Shown here: in pieces, positions 7,301-16,866 of the stretch
How the letters are laid out: each line of letters starts with the position of its first letter
Position numbering within the stretch: position 1 is the stretch's first letter
From: Deltaproteobacteria bacterium
Lineage (GTDB): Bacteria; Bdellovibrionota_C; UBA2361; JAGFJO01
Direction of reading: 5' to 3'
Length of the DNA: 64,000 bases
Assembly (NCBI GenBank): GCA_024102635.1
Contig: JAGFJO010000136.1
Coordinates: 17,133-81,132, forward strand
The notes under the pieces: model-generated
Told to the model about the DNA's origin: nothing
The model's database searches: none
Seen by the model: only the letters and a program-made list of their open reading frames with translations
Program-made: the position numbers and the translations under genes

Positions 7301-8079
7301 TGAGTGTGATGAATATGCGCGTGGTTCGGGTGCTCGTGGGAGTGGTGCTGATGCGCGAGATGCATCATGAAAGATAGCAGTCCTGTAAAAATTAGAATAA
7401 GCGCTGTTAACCGCGGGAAGGATGCCGCTAGCCGTCCTGAAAGAAATCGGGTTGCAGCTCCGAGCGCCGCCATTGCAGGCAGTGTGCCGAGCCAAAAACA
7501 GACCATTATCAGCAGAGCAGCACTAACATCAGCACTTCCCAGGCATAGCGCTACAAACACATATAACCACCCACACGGGAGCAAAGTAGTGACAAGTCCT
7601 ATCGCGTACGGCTTTAGCGCTCCTCTGCCTTGCAGGATCGGCTTGGCGAATGAACTTACAAGCGTTGCTGCCCGCTTGTGGACGCCTTCAAAAAAACCGG
7701 CGCGTCCTTTCACAAGCTGGAAGATTCCCACGGATACTAAAGATACCGCCACCAGCAAGGAAGAAATATGGGTTGCGCCGGAGATGATATCGAATTTCTG
7801 TCCGAGAAGGGCGGCGCTAGCGCCAAGAAACATGTAGGTGGTTAAGCGGCCGAGGTTATAAAGAATATGAGGCATGATAGTACCGGAGGAATTGTGGCTG
7901 TAGATAGCGACGAATCCGCCGCACATGCCTATGCAATGCGGGCTTCCGAGCAGGCTGGCCATCAGAACCGGGATGGCAGCGATGGTTTCAGGGGTAATCA
8001 CAGCCCGATCAGTATGCGCGCCGGTGATGAGGTAGGCAATACGTCCGCCGCAGCTGTTCTGCCGAACGCATGCAAGCAC
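7297..8079 (-). CDS. TauE/SafE-DsbD_2-like membrane protein with a His-rich tail (accessory gene of cbb3 clusters)
   Basis: 'SPHCIGMCGGF' and 'LLPCGWLY' motifs, multiple TM helices, and the C-terminus 'HQHHSHEHPNHAHIHHTH'. The start is uncertain. Met at 7962 would avoid an overlap with ccoI. Confidence 0.75.
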   Translation of the reverse strand: MLACVRQNSCGGRIAYLITGAHTDRAVITPETIAAIPVLMASLLGSPHCIGMCGGFVAIYSHNSSGTIMPHILYNLGRLTTYMFLGASAALLGQKFDIISGATHISSLLVAVSLVSVGIFQLVKGRAGFFEGVHKRAATLVSSFAKPILQGRGALKPYAIGLVTTLLPCGWLYVFVALCLGSADVSAALLIMVCFWLGTLPAMAALGAATRFLSGRLAASFPRLTALILIFTGLLSFMMHLAHQHHSHEHPNHAHIHHTH

Positions 8080-10500
8080 TGCGGGCAGCGGCTTTACACC
8101 TCTAAAGAGCTCGATTGCGGGTTCTGCTGCAACGGATGCAGCGCCGCATACTCACTCATTAACGGGCTTGGTTTGGGATACTACTACTGTCTTCGCGATA
8201 GTGCGGGCGAGCGCCAGACCATCAGAAAGACCGCTGCTGACTCTCAGTTCAATCACTTCGATGGCGCTGAGTTCAGGGCGCGTTTCGTACGAGAACTCTC
8301 CGGCTCTCAGAGCCGCATAGACTTTCAGTGCAACGCTGTACATTGCAGCGCGTGTGTTTGGCTCCTAGAGAAACTGCCTGAGGTACTCCCCGGCGTGGAC
8401 CAAGTCCGAGTGGACCTGGCGCGGGCAAAGATAGCGGTGTGGTTCGATCCATCGAAGATTGATTTAAGCACTCTCGGCAGAACGCTTGCCGGCCTCGGTT
8501 ACGATCCGCATCCGATAGCGAGCCGCTCCACGGCCTTTAGTGATCAAGCAGCCGATGTCACCTTTGCCCTACAGATCGGCGTAGCAGCGTTCTGTTCGAT
8601 GAATGTCATGCTGCTTTTTATCGGAAGATACCAAGGACTTTTCAGTGGGATGGAAGAACAGTACGCCGGTTTCTTCTCTTGGGTCTCGCTGGCCCTGGCA
8701 GTTCCTGCTGTTACCTTCTCAGCGCTGCCATTTTATCGCACCTCTATTGGCGCGCTTAGGCTGAAGAGATTTCATATCGATCTTCCGATCTCAATCGCTA
8801 TCGTGGGCGGATTTCTCTCAAGTGCCGTAAACACCGCGCTCGGCCGCAGTGAGATATATTACGATACTGTTACAGCACTGATATTTCTTCTGCTTCTTGG
8901 AAGATGGTTCCAGCGGCGCGGGATGAAGAAAGTTGCTTTGGCTTCAGAGATGCTGTACGCGATTGCGCCGCTCTCGGCGATAAAAATTACACATGAAGGA
9001 GCTCAAGAGGTGTTCGTCGAAGCGCTTAGAAGCGGCGATACCATTAAGGTTCCAAATGGAGCGAGAATACCAGCTGACGCGATACTCCTTTCAGGGGATG
9101 CGATTATAAACAATGCTCTAATTAGCGGAGAGAGCGCCCCCTGCAAGGTGAGCCGCGGCAACGAAGTATACTGCGGAGCGCTAAACGCCGGTCCGGAGTT
9201 CACCGCACAAGTCACCGCCGTTGCGGCACACTCCCGGATCGGGAATATTCTGCAAGGCATTGAGTCCGCTTCAGTAAGAGATAGCAAGACAGCATCATTT
9301 ACCGACAAGGTTGCGCAGTACTTTGTTGCCGGCGTTCTAGCGCTCTCGGTTCTTACCTTTCTTCTCTTTATCGGTGAAGGGATGGCCCCGGCTCTTGACC
9401 GTGTCTTTGCGCTTTTAATTGTTAGCTGCCCGTGCGCACTAGGGATCGCCACTCCCATCGTAATGAGTTTAGCTAACGCCCGCGCCGCAAGGGCGGGTAT
9501 ATTGCTAAAAAGCGGCTCTGCTTTGGAGCGCTGCGCGAATATAGAAAAGATCTACTTCGACAAGACCGGCACCCTGACGCATGGAAAGCCCGCTGTAGTT
9601 TTCAGCCACCTGCAAGGCGGTAGCGATGCCTCTCGGCAAAAGATCAATCATATCATTCAAAAGTTGGAGAGCGGGATCGAGCATCCTGCCGCCGAAGCGC
9701 TAAGAAATTTTGCCGGCAGCGGGCCAGTAGGACCAGATGAACCGGAGTTGGTCTCCCGCACCGTTATAAATGGTGCGGGTGTAATGGGGGAGTTCTCGGA
9801 CGGAGTGCGCCGGCGGATCGGCTCTCTTCGCTGGATTAAGAGCGAGGGTGTGAATCTAGAGCACCTGCAACTGATTCCGGACGCTCACACTTCCGGCTCG
9901 ACAATTGTTGCACTTTCAGAGGACAACCAGCTTAAAGCGCTTTTTGCATTACGCGACAGCGTTAGAGATGAAGCAGCCGAGGCAATAGCCGATCTAGCCC
10001 GGCGGGGAGTTACAAGCGGCATTATCTCGGGCGATTCAAGCGGGGTGGTTGGAACGGTCGGAGAGTCGATCGGACTCTCGCAAAGCGATCTTATCTCGGA
10101 AGCATCTCCTGAACAAAAAGCTGCAATCTTGACCGAGGCAGGAGAGGGCACAGCCCTGGTCGGCGACGGAGTTAATGACGCGCTCGCCCTAAGCAAGGCC
10201 GGGATAGGAATTGGGATCAGCGGAGGAGCGGAGGTCTGCCTTAAAGTTAGTGATGTTTTTCTTCTAAGGCCGGATCTCGGATTGATTACAGAGCTGATAG
10301 ATGGAGCAAGAAGCGCCCAAAGGCTCGTCAGGCGTCACTTAATCGTATCTCTTGTCTACAACGTATCAGCGGCAGTCCTTGCCATATCCGGATTCATAGG
10401 GCCGCTCGCTGCTGCTCTCATTATGCCGGCCAGTTCAATCTCGGTGATTCTCTCATCACTCTGGAATGCGCCGTTTAAAAAGGAGGCCGCATGGAAGTGA
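8014..10500 (+). CDS. ccoI: Copper-translocating P1B-type ATPase CcoI/FixI
   Basis: N-terminal metal-binding 'CKHCG...CGFCCNGCSAAY', 'SCPCALG' (CPC), 'FDKTGTLT' and 'GDGVNDA'. I chose the start at ATG 8014, because the track start at 7867 overlaps the divergent gene. Confidence 0.9.
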   Translation: MRAGDEVGNTSAAAVLPNACKHCGQRLYTSKELDCGFCCNGCSAAYSLINGLGLGYYYCLRDSAGERQTIRKTAADSQFNHFDGAEFRARFVRELSGSQSRIDFQCNAVHCSACVWLLEKLPEVLPGVDQVRVDLARAKIAVWFDPSKIDLSTLGRTLAGLGYDPHPIASRSTAFSDQAADVTFALQIGVAAFCSMNVMLLFIGRYQGLFSGMEEQYAGFFSWVSLALAVPAVTFSALPFYRTSIGALRLKRFHIDLPISIAIVGGFLSSAVNTALGRSEIYYDTVTALIFLLLLGRWFQRRGMKKVALASEMLYAIAPLSAIKITHEGAQEVFVEALRSGDTIKVPNGARIPADAILLSGDAIINNALISGESAPCKVSRGNEVYCGALNAGPEFTAQVTAVAAHSRIGNILQGIESASVRDSKTASFTDKVAQYFVAGVLALSVLTFLLFIGEGMAPALDRVFALLIVSCPCALGIATPIVMSLANARAARAGILLKSGSALERCANIEKIYFDKTGTLTHGKPAVVFSHLQGGSDASRQKINHIIQKLESGIEHPAAEALRNFAGSGPVGPDEPELVSRTVINGAGVMGEFSDGVRRRIGSLRWIKSEGVNLEHLQLIPDAHTSGSTIVALSEDNQLKALFALRDSVRDEAAEAIADLARRGVTSGIISGDSSGVVGTVGESIGLSQSDLISEASPEQKAAILTEAGEGTALVGDGVNDALALSKAGIGIGISGGAEVCLKVSDVFLLRPDLGLITELIDGARSAQRLVRRHLIVSLVYNVSAAVLAISGFIGPLAAALIMPASSISVILSSLWNAPFKKEAAWK

Positions 10501-10646
10501 TCTTTATTCTGCTTCCGCTATCACTGGCGCTAGGAGGCGTATTTCTATTGGCATACTTTTGGGCGGCCCGTTCAGGCCAGTTTGAGGACCTTGAGACTCC
10601 TGCCGTGCGAATACTGCCGGATGAGGAACGAGAAACAGATTTGTAA
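10491..10646 (+). CDS. ccoS: cbb3 oxidase maturation protein CcoS/FixS (51 aa, below the ORF-track cutoff)
   Basis: My own translation is '[51 protein letters not shown]', which carries the CcoS hallmark 'W....SGQF.DLE.PA.RIL.D'. It overlaps the ccoI stop, and its own stop overlaps the ccoNO ATG (TAATG). Confidence 0.85.
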   Translation: MEVIFILLPLSLALGGVFLLAYFWAARSGQFEDLETPAVRILPDEERETDL

Positions 10647-12802
10647 TGGAGGGTTTCGTGAACAAGAATCTAGAAAAGTTTGCCTACGACGACAAAATAG
10701 TCCGCTACTTTGTCTTGGCTACAGTTTTATGGGGGATTGTCGGCATGCTGGCCGGATTGCTCGCGGCGCTACAGCTTGCCCTGCCCGAACTTAATTTTGG
10801 GCTGCCTTGGTTGACGTTCGGAAGACTCCGTCCGCTTCACACTAACGCCGTGATCTTTGCCTTCGCGGGCAACACAATCTTTGCCGGGGTATACTATTCA
10901 ACTCAGCGCCTCTGCAAAGCCCGGATGTTCAGCGACGCCCTAAGTAAGTTCCACTTTTGGGGATGGCAGCTGATTATCGTCGCCGCAGCCATAACACTGC
11001 TGAGCGGGATAACTGTCTCAAAAGAATACGCCGAGCTGGAGTGGCCGATAGACATAGCAATTGCCGTGGTTTGGGTGGCTTTCGGCGTGAACTTTTTCGG
11101 CACTCTAATTAGAAGACGGGAGCAGCACATCTATGTGGCTCTATGGTTTTATATCGCTACCATCATAACAGTTGCGCTGCTTCATATCGTAAACTCGCTC
11201 GCAATTCCGGTCTCCTTGTTTAAGAGCTACTCTGTCTTTGCAGGAGTCCAAGACGGTTTGGTTCAGTGGTGGTACGGGCACAATGCGGTAGCTTTTTTCC
11301 TTACCACCCCGTTTTTGGGCCTAATGTATTACTTTATGCCGAAGGCCGCCGAGCGCCCGGTTTACTCTTACAGGCTCTCTATCATTCATTTCTGGTCATT
11401 GATTTTTCTCTACATCTGGGCCGGACCACATCATCTTCTTAATACCTCTCTTCCGGAATGGGCACAGACTGTCGGCATGCTTTTCTCGGTAATGCTTATT
11501 GCACCATCCTGGGGTGGGATGATCAACGGCCTTCTAACTCTGCGCGGCGCATGGGATAAACTCCGCACTGATGCGGTTCTTAAGTTCCTAGTGGTCGGAA
11601 TCACCTTCTACGGCATGGCGACCTTCGAGGGTCCTATGATGTCCATCCGCTCCATCAATGCGCTCTCTCACTACACAGACTACACCATAGGACATGTGCA
11701 CGGCGGCGCGCTCGGATGGAACGGCTTTATAGCCTTCGGCATGATCTACTACCTTATGCCGCGGCTTTGGAAGGTGCCGATGTATAGCTCGCGGCTCATG
11801 ATGGTGCATTTTTGGACGGCAACCATCGGCATCGTTCTTTACATTACCTCTATGTGGACCGCCGGAGTCACTCAGGGCCTGATGTGGAGAGAGTTTAACG
11901 AACAAGGGATGCTGCAGTACCCAGATTTTATCGAGACCGTAATAAAACTTAAACCTTTCTACTGGGTGCGGGCGCTCGGCGGGGCTCTTTATCTTTTTGG
12001 AACGTTGATTGCTGCTTACAACATGGTGAAGACCATTGCCGCCGCTAGAGCTAAAGGTGCGGATCTCTCCGATACCCCGGCAAGTGCAGTGCGCTTCAGT
12101 GTTGTCGATGCTACCAAAGCACAAAGCACATGGCATCAGAGGCTGGAGGGGCGGCCCGTAATGTTTTCTGTACTAACCCTCGTGGCAGTTACGATAGGGG
12201 GAATGGTTGAGATCGTGCCGATGCTCGCAATAGCTAGCAACATACCTACCATTAAATCCGTTAAGCCATATACGCCGCTGGAGCTGGAAGGGCGGGATAT
12301 CTATATCCGCGAAGGTTGTTACACCTGTCACTCACAAATGGTGCGCCCATTCAGAGACGAAGTAATTCGGTACGGCGAGTACTCGAAGAGCGGCGAATTC
12401 GTGTATGACCATCCATTCCAATTCGGCTCGAAGCGCACAGGGCCCGATCTGCACCGCGTGGGAGGAAAGTATCCGCACCTCTGGCACTACCGCCATATGC
12501 TCGACCCTACCACCATTAGCGCCGGCTCAATAATGCCGCCTTATCCATGGCTCTTTACTGGCGAACTCGACACCAGCACAACTGTAAAGAAACTTGAAGT
12601 GATGAAACGGCTAGGGGTGCCCTACAGTGAAGAAGAAATTCGCCATGGGAGAGCGCTTGTTGAGGCGCAGGCTACAAAGATCGTAGATGAGCTAATCGCC
12701 CAGGGCCTTAGGCGTGAAGAAGGCCTTGAGAAAAAAGAGATTATCGCTCTTATTGCGTATCTTCAACGGCTAGGGAGCGACATCAAAGGAGAGGTAAAAT
12801 GA
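10646..12802 (+). CDS. ccoNO: Fused cbb3-type cytochrome c oxidase subunits I and II (CcoN-CcoO)
   Basis: 718 aa. The N-part is a haem-copper oxidase with 12 or more TM helices ('[11 protein letters not shown]', '[10 protein letters not shown]'). The C-part is CcoO with '[11 protein letters not shown]' haem c and '[11 protein letters not shown]'. Confidence 0.92.
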   Translation: MEGFVNKNLEKFAYDDKIVRYFVLATVLWGIVGMLAGLLAALQLALPELNFGLPWLTFGRLRPLHTNAVIFAFAGNTIFAGVYYSTQRLCKARMFSDALSKFHFWGWQLIIVAAAITLLSGITVSKEYAELEWPIDIAIAVVWVAFGVNFFGTLIRRREQHIYVALWFYIATIITVALLHIVNSLAIPVSLFKSYSVFAGVQDGLVQWWYGHNAVAFFLTTPFLGLMYYFMPKAAERPVYSYRLSIIHFWSLIFLYIWAGPHHLLNTSLPEWAQTVGMLFSVMLIAPSWGGMINGLLTLRGAWDKLRTDAVLKFLVVGITFYGMATFEGPMMSIRSINALSHYTDYTIGHVHGGALGWNGFIAFGMIYYLMPRLWKVPMYSSRLMMVHFWTATIGIVLYITSMWTAGVTQGLMWREFNEQGMLQYPDFIETVIKLKPFYWVRALGGALYLFGTLIAAYNMVKTIAAARAKGADLSDTPASAVRFSVVDATKAQSTWHQRLEGRPVMFSVLTLVAVTIGGMVEIVPMLAIASNIPTIKSVKPYTPLELEGRDIYIREGCYTCHSQMVRPFRDEVIRYGEYSKSGEFVYDHPFQFGSKRTGPDLHRVGGKYPHLWHYRHMLDPTTISAGSIMPPYPWLFTGELDTSTTVKKLEVMKRLGVPYSEEEIRHGRALVEAQATKIVDELIAQGLRREEGLEKKEIIALIAYLQRLGSDIKGEVK

Positions 12803-12972
12803 GACTTAAGCACTTATTGGGCCCTTTGCCGAATGTTAGTGCTGCCGCCCTGATAACGGCGATATTCTGTCTCTTCTTCATTGTACTGTGCTGGTACGTA
12901 TTCCGAAGGGACCGCCGCAGCATATACGAGCATCTTGAAAAACTTCCATTTTCGGAGGACGGCAATGAGTGA
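12799..12972 (+). CDS. ccoQ: cbb3 oxidase small subunit CcoQ/FixQ-like (57 aa, below the ORF-track cutoff)
   Basis: My own translation is '[57 protein letters not shown]'. It has a single TM followed by a basic patch. There is an ATGA overlap with ccoNO and an 8-nt overlap with ccoP. Confidence 0.65.
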   Translation: MRLKHLLGPLPNVSAAALITAIFCLFFIVLCWYVFRRDRRSIYEHLEKLPFSEDGNE

Positions 12973-13525
12973 GAAAGATGAACTGCGAGAGCATGAGTTC
13001 GATGGCATTCAGGAGTATGACAATGACTTGCCGCGCTGGTGGGTGTGGCTTTTCTGGATAACGATTATTATCAGCGTAATCTATCCTTTCGTGTACGACT
13101 TCGGACCGGGCCAATTCGCTTCAGAGAGTGTTGACGCGGAAGTGGCGGAGCTAATGAAAAGCCGCGCGGCGCTCGTCACGGGGAATGGCAGCGATGAACT
13201 CTCGCTGCTTAGACTAGCTTCCGATCAGGAGGCTCTCAGCAGCGGGCGCGAAATTTACGCCACGCGATGTGCGGCCTGCCATGCAGAAGCGGGACAAGGG
13301 CTTATAGGGCCGAACCTTACCGACGATAACTGGCTGCACGGCGGCAAGATAACCGATCTTCACCGTGTGGTGGTTAATGGCGTCCTCGAAAAGGGCATGG
13401 TGCCGTGGAAGGATCAGCTAAGTCCTGAGCAGCTAAATTCGGTGGTAGCTTTTGTATGGTCTCTGCATGGGACAAATCCTCCTAATCCTAAAGCACCGGA
13501 AGGTGACAAGGTAGTAAGAGAGTAA
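12965..13525 (+). CDS. ccoP: cbb3 oxidase subunit III CcoP, mono-haem form
   Basis: 'HEFDGIQEYDNDLPRWWVWLFW' is a CcoP N-terminal signature. There is a single 'CAACH' haem c site. I chose the start at Met 12965 rather than 12881. Confidence 0.85.
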   Translation: MSEKDELREHEFDGIQEYDNDLPRWWVWLFWITIIISVIYPFVYDFGPGQFASESVDAEVAELMKSRAALVTGNGSDELSLLRLASDQEALSSGREIYATRCAACHAEAGQGLIGPNLTDDNWLHGGKITDLHRVVVNGVLEKGMVPWKDQLSPEQLNSVVAFVWSLHGTNPPNPKAPEGDKVVRE

Positions 13526-13528
13526 GCA

Positions 13529-14920
13529 ATGGTGACAATGGGTGACTTCAGGGACACCTTATATACAATAGATAAAACCGGGAGGCGCAAGTGGGTATAT
13601 CCACACTACGCCCCCGGCCGTTACTTTAGAACGCGGACCGTAGTAGCCTACCTGCTGCTGGCTATCTACCTCTCATTACCCTGGATAACAATCAGCGGGA
13701 CGCAGGGAATTCTCCTTGATATTCCTCACAGGCGCTTCATTTTTTTCGGCGCTGAGTTCTGGGCCACTGACACTATTTTTCTATTTCTCGTACTGGCCGG
13801 CCTAGGTATGTCGCTTTTCTTTTTTACCTCTGTATTTGGGCGTATCTGGTGCGGCTGGGCCTGCCCGGAAACGGTATTCCTCGAGTTCCTATTTAGGCCG
13901 ATCGAAAGACTCATCGAAGGCTCCGACTCCGCTCGCCGCAAACTAGACCGTGCGCCATGGACTTTTGAAAAGATAAGAAAGAAGTTTTTAAAGCACGGTT
14001 TTTGCGCGGCAGCAAGCTGGGTTATTGCGAGTACTGCATTAGCCTACTTCATCGGAAGAGAACCGCTGCTTGAGATGATGAGCGATTATCCATGGAGAAA
14101 CCCTGGCCCGTTTTTTATGACATTGGTACTGATGGGAGTTATGGCTTTCCAGTTCGGCTGGTTCAGAGAGCAGTTCTGCACAATCCTCTGCCCTTATGCC
14201 CGTTTCCAATCGGTGCTGATGGATGAGCAATCGCTCCTTGTCGGGTACGATAAAGAACGCGGGGAGCCGCGCGGCAAAGTAAGAGCTCGGGAAACTACCC
14301 CGACCGGCGACTGCGTAGATTGCGGTTTATGTGTTCGAGTATGCCCGACCGGAATTGATATCAGAAACGGAACGCAACTTGAATGCATCGCCTGCACCGC
14401 CTGCATTGACGCCTGTGACTCCATAATGGACGGTCTGGGACGGCCACGCGGCCTGATAAGATACGATAGTGAGTCAGGCTTGGCAGGAGAGAAGAGAAGC
14501 ACTCTCCGCCCCCGGGTTTTCGTGTATGGCGCGATACTGGGGGTATTGGCCGCTGTCTTCATTTATAAGATTAACCACCGCTCACCGATCGAGATTGAAA
14601 TAATGCGGGCTAGCACCTCGCGTTTCGTTGTGGAAACAGAAAGTGGTCATGTCATCAATCAGTTTTCGCTAAGACTCGCAAACAGAAGCTCGTCTGCACG
14701 CCACTTCGAGGCGAAAATAAAGGGAGAATCTGCCGCAGAGATCGTTACACCCCTTAAGCACCTCGAGCTCCATCCTGGTGAGAACCTAAAGGTTCCCCTT
14801 TTCATAAAGGCTCCGCAGTCGCTTTTCATCGAAGGAAAAGCTGAGGTTGAGGCCGAGATATTAGACAGCACGGGCTTTGCTTTTTCTCGCTCTCTAAGTT
14901 TATTCGGACCGGAGAATTAG
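13529..14920 (+). CDS. ccoG: CcoG/FixG 4Fe-4S membrane protein (cbb3 assembly)
   Basis: 'CGWACP', 'CVDCGLCVRVCP' and 'CIACTACIDACD'. Confidence 0.9.
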   Translation: MVTMGDFRDTLYTIDKTGRRKWVYPHYAPGRYFRTRTVVAYLLLAIYLSLPWITISGTQGILLDIPHRRFIFFGAEFWATDTIFLFLVLAGLGMSLFFFTSVFGRIWCGWACPETVFLEFLFRPIERLIEGSDSARRKLDRAPWTFEKIRKKFLKHGFCAAASWVIASTALAYFIGREPLLEMMSDYPWRNPGPFFMTLVLMGVMAFQFGWFREQFCTILCPYARFQSVLMDEQSLLVGYDKERGEPRGKVRARETTPTGDCVDCGLCVRVCPTGIDIRNGTQLECIACTACIDACDSIMDGLGRPRGLIRYDSESGLAGEKRSTLRPRVFVYGAILGVLAAVFIYKINHRSPIEIEIMRASTSRFVVETESGHVINQFSLRLANRSSSARHFEAKIKGESAAEIVTPLKHLELHPGENLKVPLFIKAPQSLFIEGKAEVEAEILDSTGFAFSRSLSLFGPEN

Positions 14921-14937
14921 AACATGAGGAAATTTAA

Positions 14938-15411
14938 ATGACTGCCCACATCCACCGCCGCTCACCATGGCCCTACGCAATTGTCGCCAGCTTTGCAGCC
15001 TTGGCAGTATTCGACGCCATTATTATCACCCTCGCTTTAAAAAGTGGTGTCGCCTCCGTTGAAACCCGGCCCTACGATGCTTCGCTTAAGTACGATGAGG
15101 TAATTGCTGCCAAAAACGCCGTCAAGCAGGCAGGCATCGAGTACAGCGTCACTTCTAACGGAGACAGGATATTGGTAAAGCTCGCCGGACTCCCTTCAGA
15201 CTCCCGGCTAGAGGCCACCTTGAACATGATGCGGCCAAGTGATTCGAAACTCGATTCAATAGAACATTTCGAGTTAAGGGAGTCGCGGGAGAATCTTCTT
15301 TCAGAGCCACTCAAACCCGGCCTTTGGGTCATGACGATAAAAATAGCGGGCGAGAATGCGCGCTATCAGATCGGGCCGCAAAAGGTGGTCGTGAATAAGG
15401 GAGCCTTATAG
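14938..15411 (+). CDS. ccoH: FixH/CcoH family protein
   Basis: 'RSPWPYAIVASFAALAVFDAIIITLA' N-terminal TM, together with its position after ccoG. Confidence 0.7.
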   Translation: MTAHIHRRSPWPYAIVASFAALAVFDAIIITLALKSGVASVETRPYDASLKYDEVIAAKNAVKQAGIEYSVTSNGDRILVKLAGLPSDSRLEATLNMMRPSDSKLDSIEHFELRESRENLLSEPLKPGLWVMTIKIAGENARYQIGPQKVVVNKGAL

Positions 15412-15450
15412 TGCATCGGACGCTCCAGAGCGGCGCATGGGAGCATTGGC

Positions 15451-16749
15451 TTGGGAGAGTTCCTAAAGAGGACCTCCCAAGAGCGCTCACTATTAGCCTC
15501 TCCTTTTCGATATAGAGGGACCGATGATAACGCTAAGCTGGCTTTAGCGGGTCCATTGCCATACTTCGAATTTTCGGGCATAATTCGAAGTATGGTACCG
15601 AGACTTGTCAAACCCTTAAAATCAACCAGCTTTTTCCTATTCGGAGCGCGCGGCACGGGAAAAACCCATTTTCTTAGGCGCTTTTTGGACCCAGAAACCA
15701 CTCTTTCCATTAACTTACTGGAGGCTTCTGAATTTGAAGAACTGAGCCTAAATCCTGACTCACTGATAAGCCGAGTGCGGGCAGCGAAACAACCCCTGGA
15801 CTTTGTCTTTATTGACGAAGTGCAAAAAATTCCACAACTACTTGACGTGGTGCATCACCTTATCGAAAGTCAACAGATCAAATTTGCCCTCTCCGGCTCA
15901 AGTGCACGCAAGCTGCGGCGGGGCGGTGCAAATCTATTAGCAGGTCGCGCGTTTCAATACTATCTCTTTCCACTTACCCAAATGGAACTTCAAGAGCGAT
16001 TCTCTCTTGAAGAGGCTCTTAACTTTGGAACACTTCCTCAGCTTCTTCAATACACACAACACGAGGAGAAAGAGCAGTACCTTCGAACTTACGTCGACAC
16101 CTATTTAAAAGAGGAGATTCTCGTTGAGCAGCTAGTGCGCGACCTTGTGCCGTTTCGAAAATTCCTCGACGTTGCTGCACAGTCGTCGGGCAAAATAATT
16201 AACTACAGCGCTATTGCTCGCGACATAGGTTCAACCGATCAAACCGTAAAATCGTACTTTCAGATACTTGAGGACACTCTACTTGGCCGATTCATAGAGC
16301 CGTATCATCGATCGATCCGCAAAAGACAGCGGGGAAACCCAAAATTCTACTTTTTCGATATCGGAGTTAAACGCGCAGTTACGAAGATGCTCACCGTACC
16401 TCTGCGACCGGGAACGTATATGTACGGAGAAGCCTTCGAACACTTCATCATTCAAGAGATCAATGCTCGTCACCAATATCTTAAGCCGGACTACGAACTT
16501 TTTTATTTGAAATCCGCCGACCATGCGGAGATTGATTTAATCATCGACAGACCCGGCCTACCCTCTATCTTGTTAGAGATAAAATCCACCGACAGAATTA
16601 CCGAACATGACCTTCGCCACCTCTATTCACTCGGAAAAGATCTTCCGAATGCCCAAAGCCTCTGCTTGTCGCGAGACCCACATCCAAAAGAGATAATCGG
16701 CATTCGCTGTTTACCCTGGCAGCAAGCACTAGACGAGATCGGGTGGTGA
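15451..16749 (+). CDS. AAA family ATPase with a DUF4143-like C-terminal domain
   Basis: Walker A 'LFGARGTGKTHFL' and Walker B 'VFIDEVQ'. The start is uncertain, either TTG 15451 or ATG 15592 ('MVPRLVKPL'). Confidence 0.75.
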   Translation: MGEFLKRTSQERSLLASPFRYRGTDDNAKLALAGPLPYFEFSGIIRSMVPRLVKPLKSTSFFLFGARGTGKTHFLRRFLDPETTLSINLLEASEFEELSLNPDSLISRVRAAKQPLDFVFIDEVQKIPQLLDVVHHLIESQQIKFALSGSSARKLRRGGANLLAGRAFQYYLFPLTQMELQERFSLEEALNFGTLPQLLQYTQHEEKEQYLRTYVDTYLKEEILVEQLVRDLVPFRKFLDVAAQSSGKIINYSAIARDIGSTDQTVKSYFQILEDTLLGRFIEPYHRSIRKRQRGNPKFYFFDIGVKRAVTKMLTVPLRPGTYMYGEAFEHFIIQEINARHQYLKPDYELFYLKSADHAEIDLIIDRPGLPSILLEIKSTDRITEHDLRHLYSLGKDLPNAQSLCLSRDPHPKEIIGIRCLPWQQALDEIGW

Positions 16750-16866
16750 TATTAATGATCGTATGCAGCCATTCCCTAAGCTGAGCGCCACTCTAGTCGT
16801 CATCGCCATCTCAGGGAGAGAGGGGGAGATTCAGTACTGTGAAGTAGAGCGCCTAAGTTAAACGCA

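Noticed and set aside
7085-7837. ORFs 7085-7495 (-) and 7367-7837 (+)
   Set aside because: They are antisense to, or overlap, the SD-preceded small secreted ORF and the TauE-like membrane gene. Their composition is Arg/Ser/Ala-rich, typical of shadow frames.
7867-8013. Long N-terminal extension of ccoI given by the ORF track
   Set aside because: It overlaps the divergent TauE-like gene head-to-head. It also precedes the conserved 'CKHCG...FCCNGC' N-terminal metal-binding domain by ~70 non-conserved-looking residues. ATG 8014 is preferred.
9003-12136. Antisense ORFs inside ccoI and ccoNO (9003-9458, 9885-10196, 10903-11130, 11588-12136)
   Set aside because: They lie fully within strongly supported genes on the opposite strand, and none has a recognisable motif.
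12881-12964. Upstream start for ccoP
   Set aside because: The extension overlaps the ccoQ-like ORF, and the conserved CcoP N-terminus begins at '[20 protein letters not shown]' (12965).
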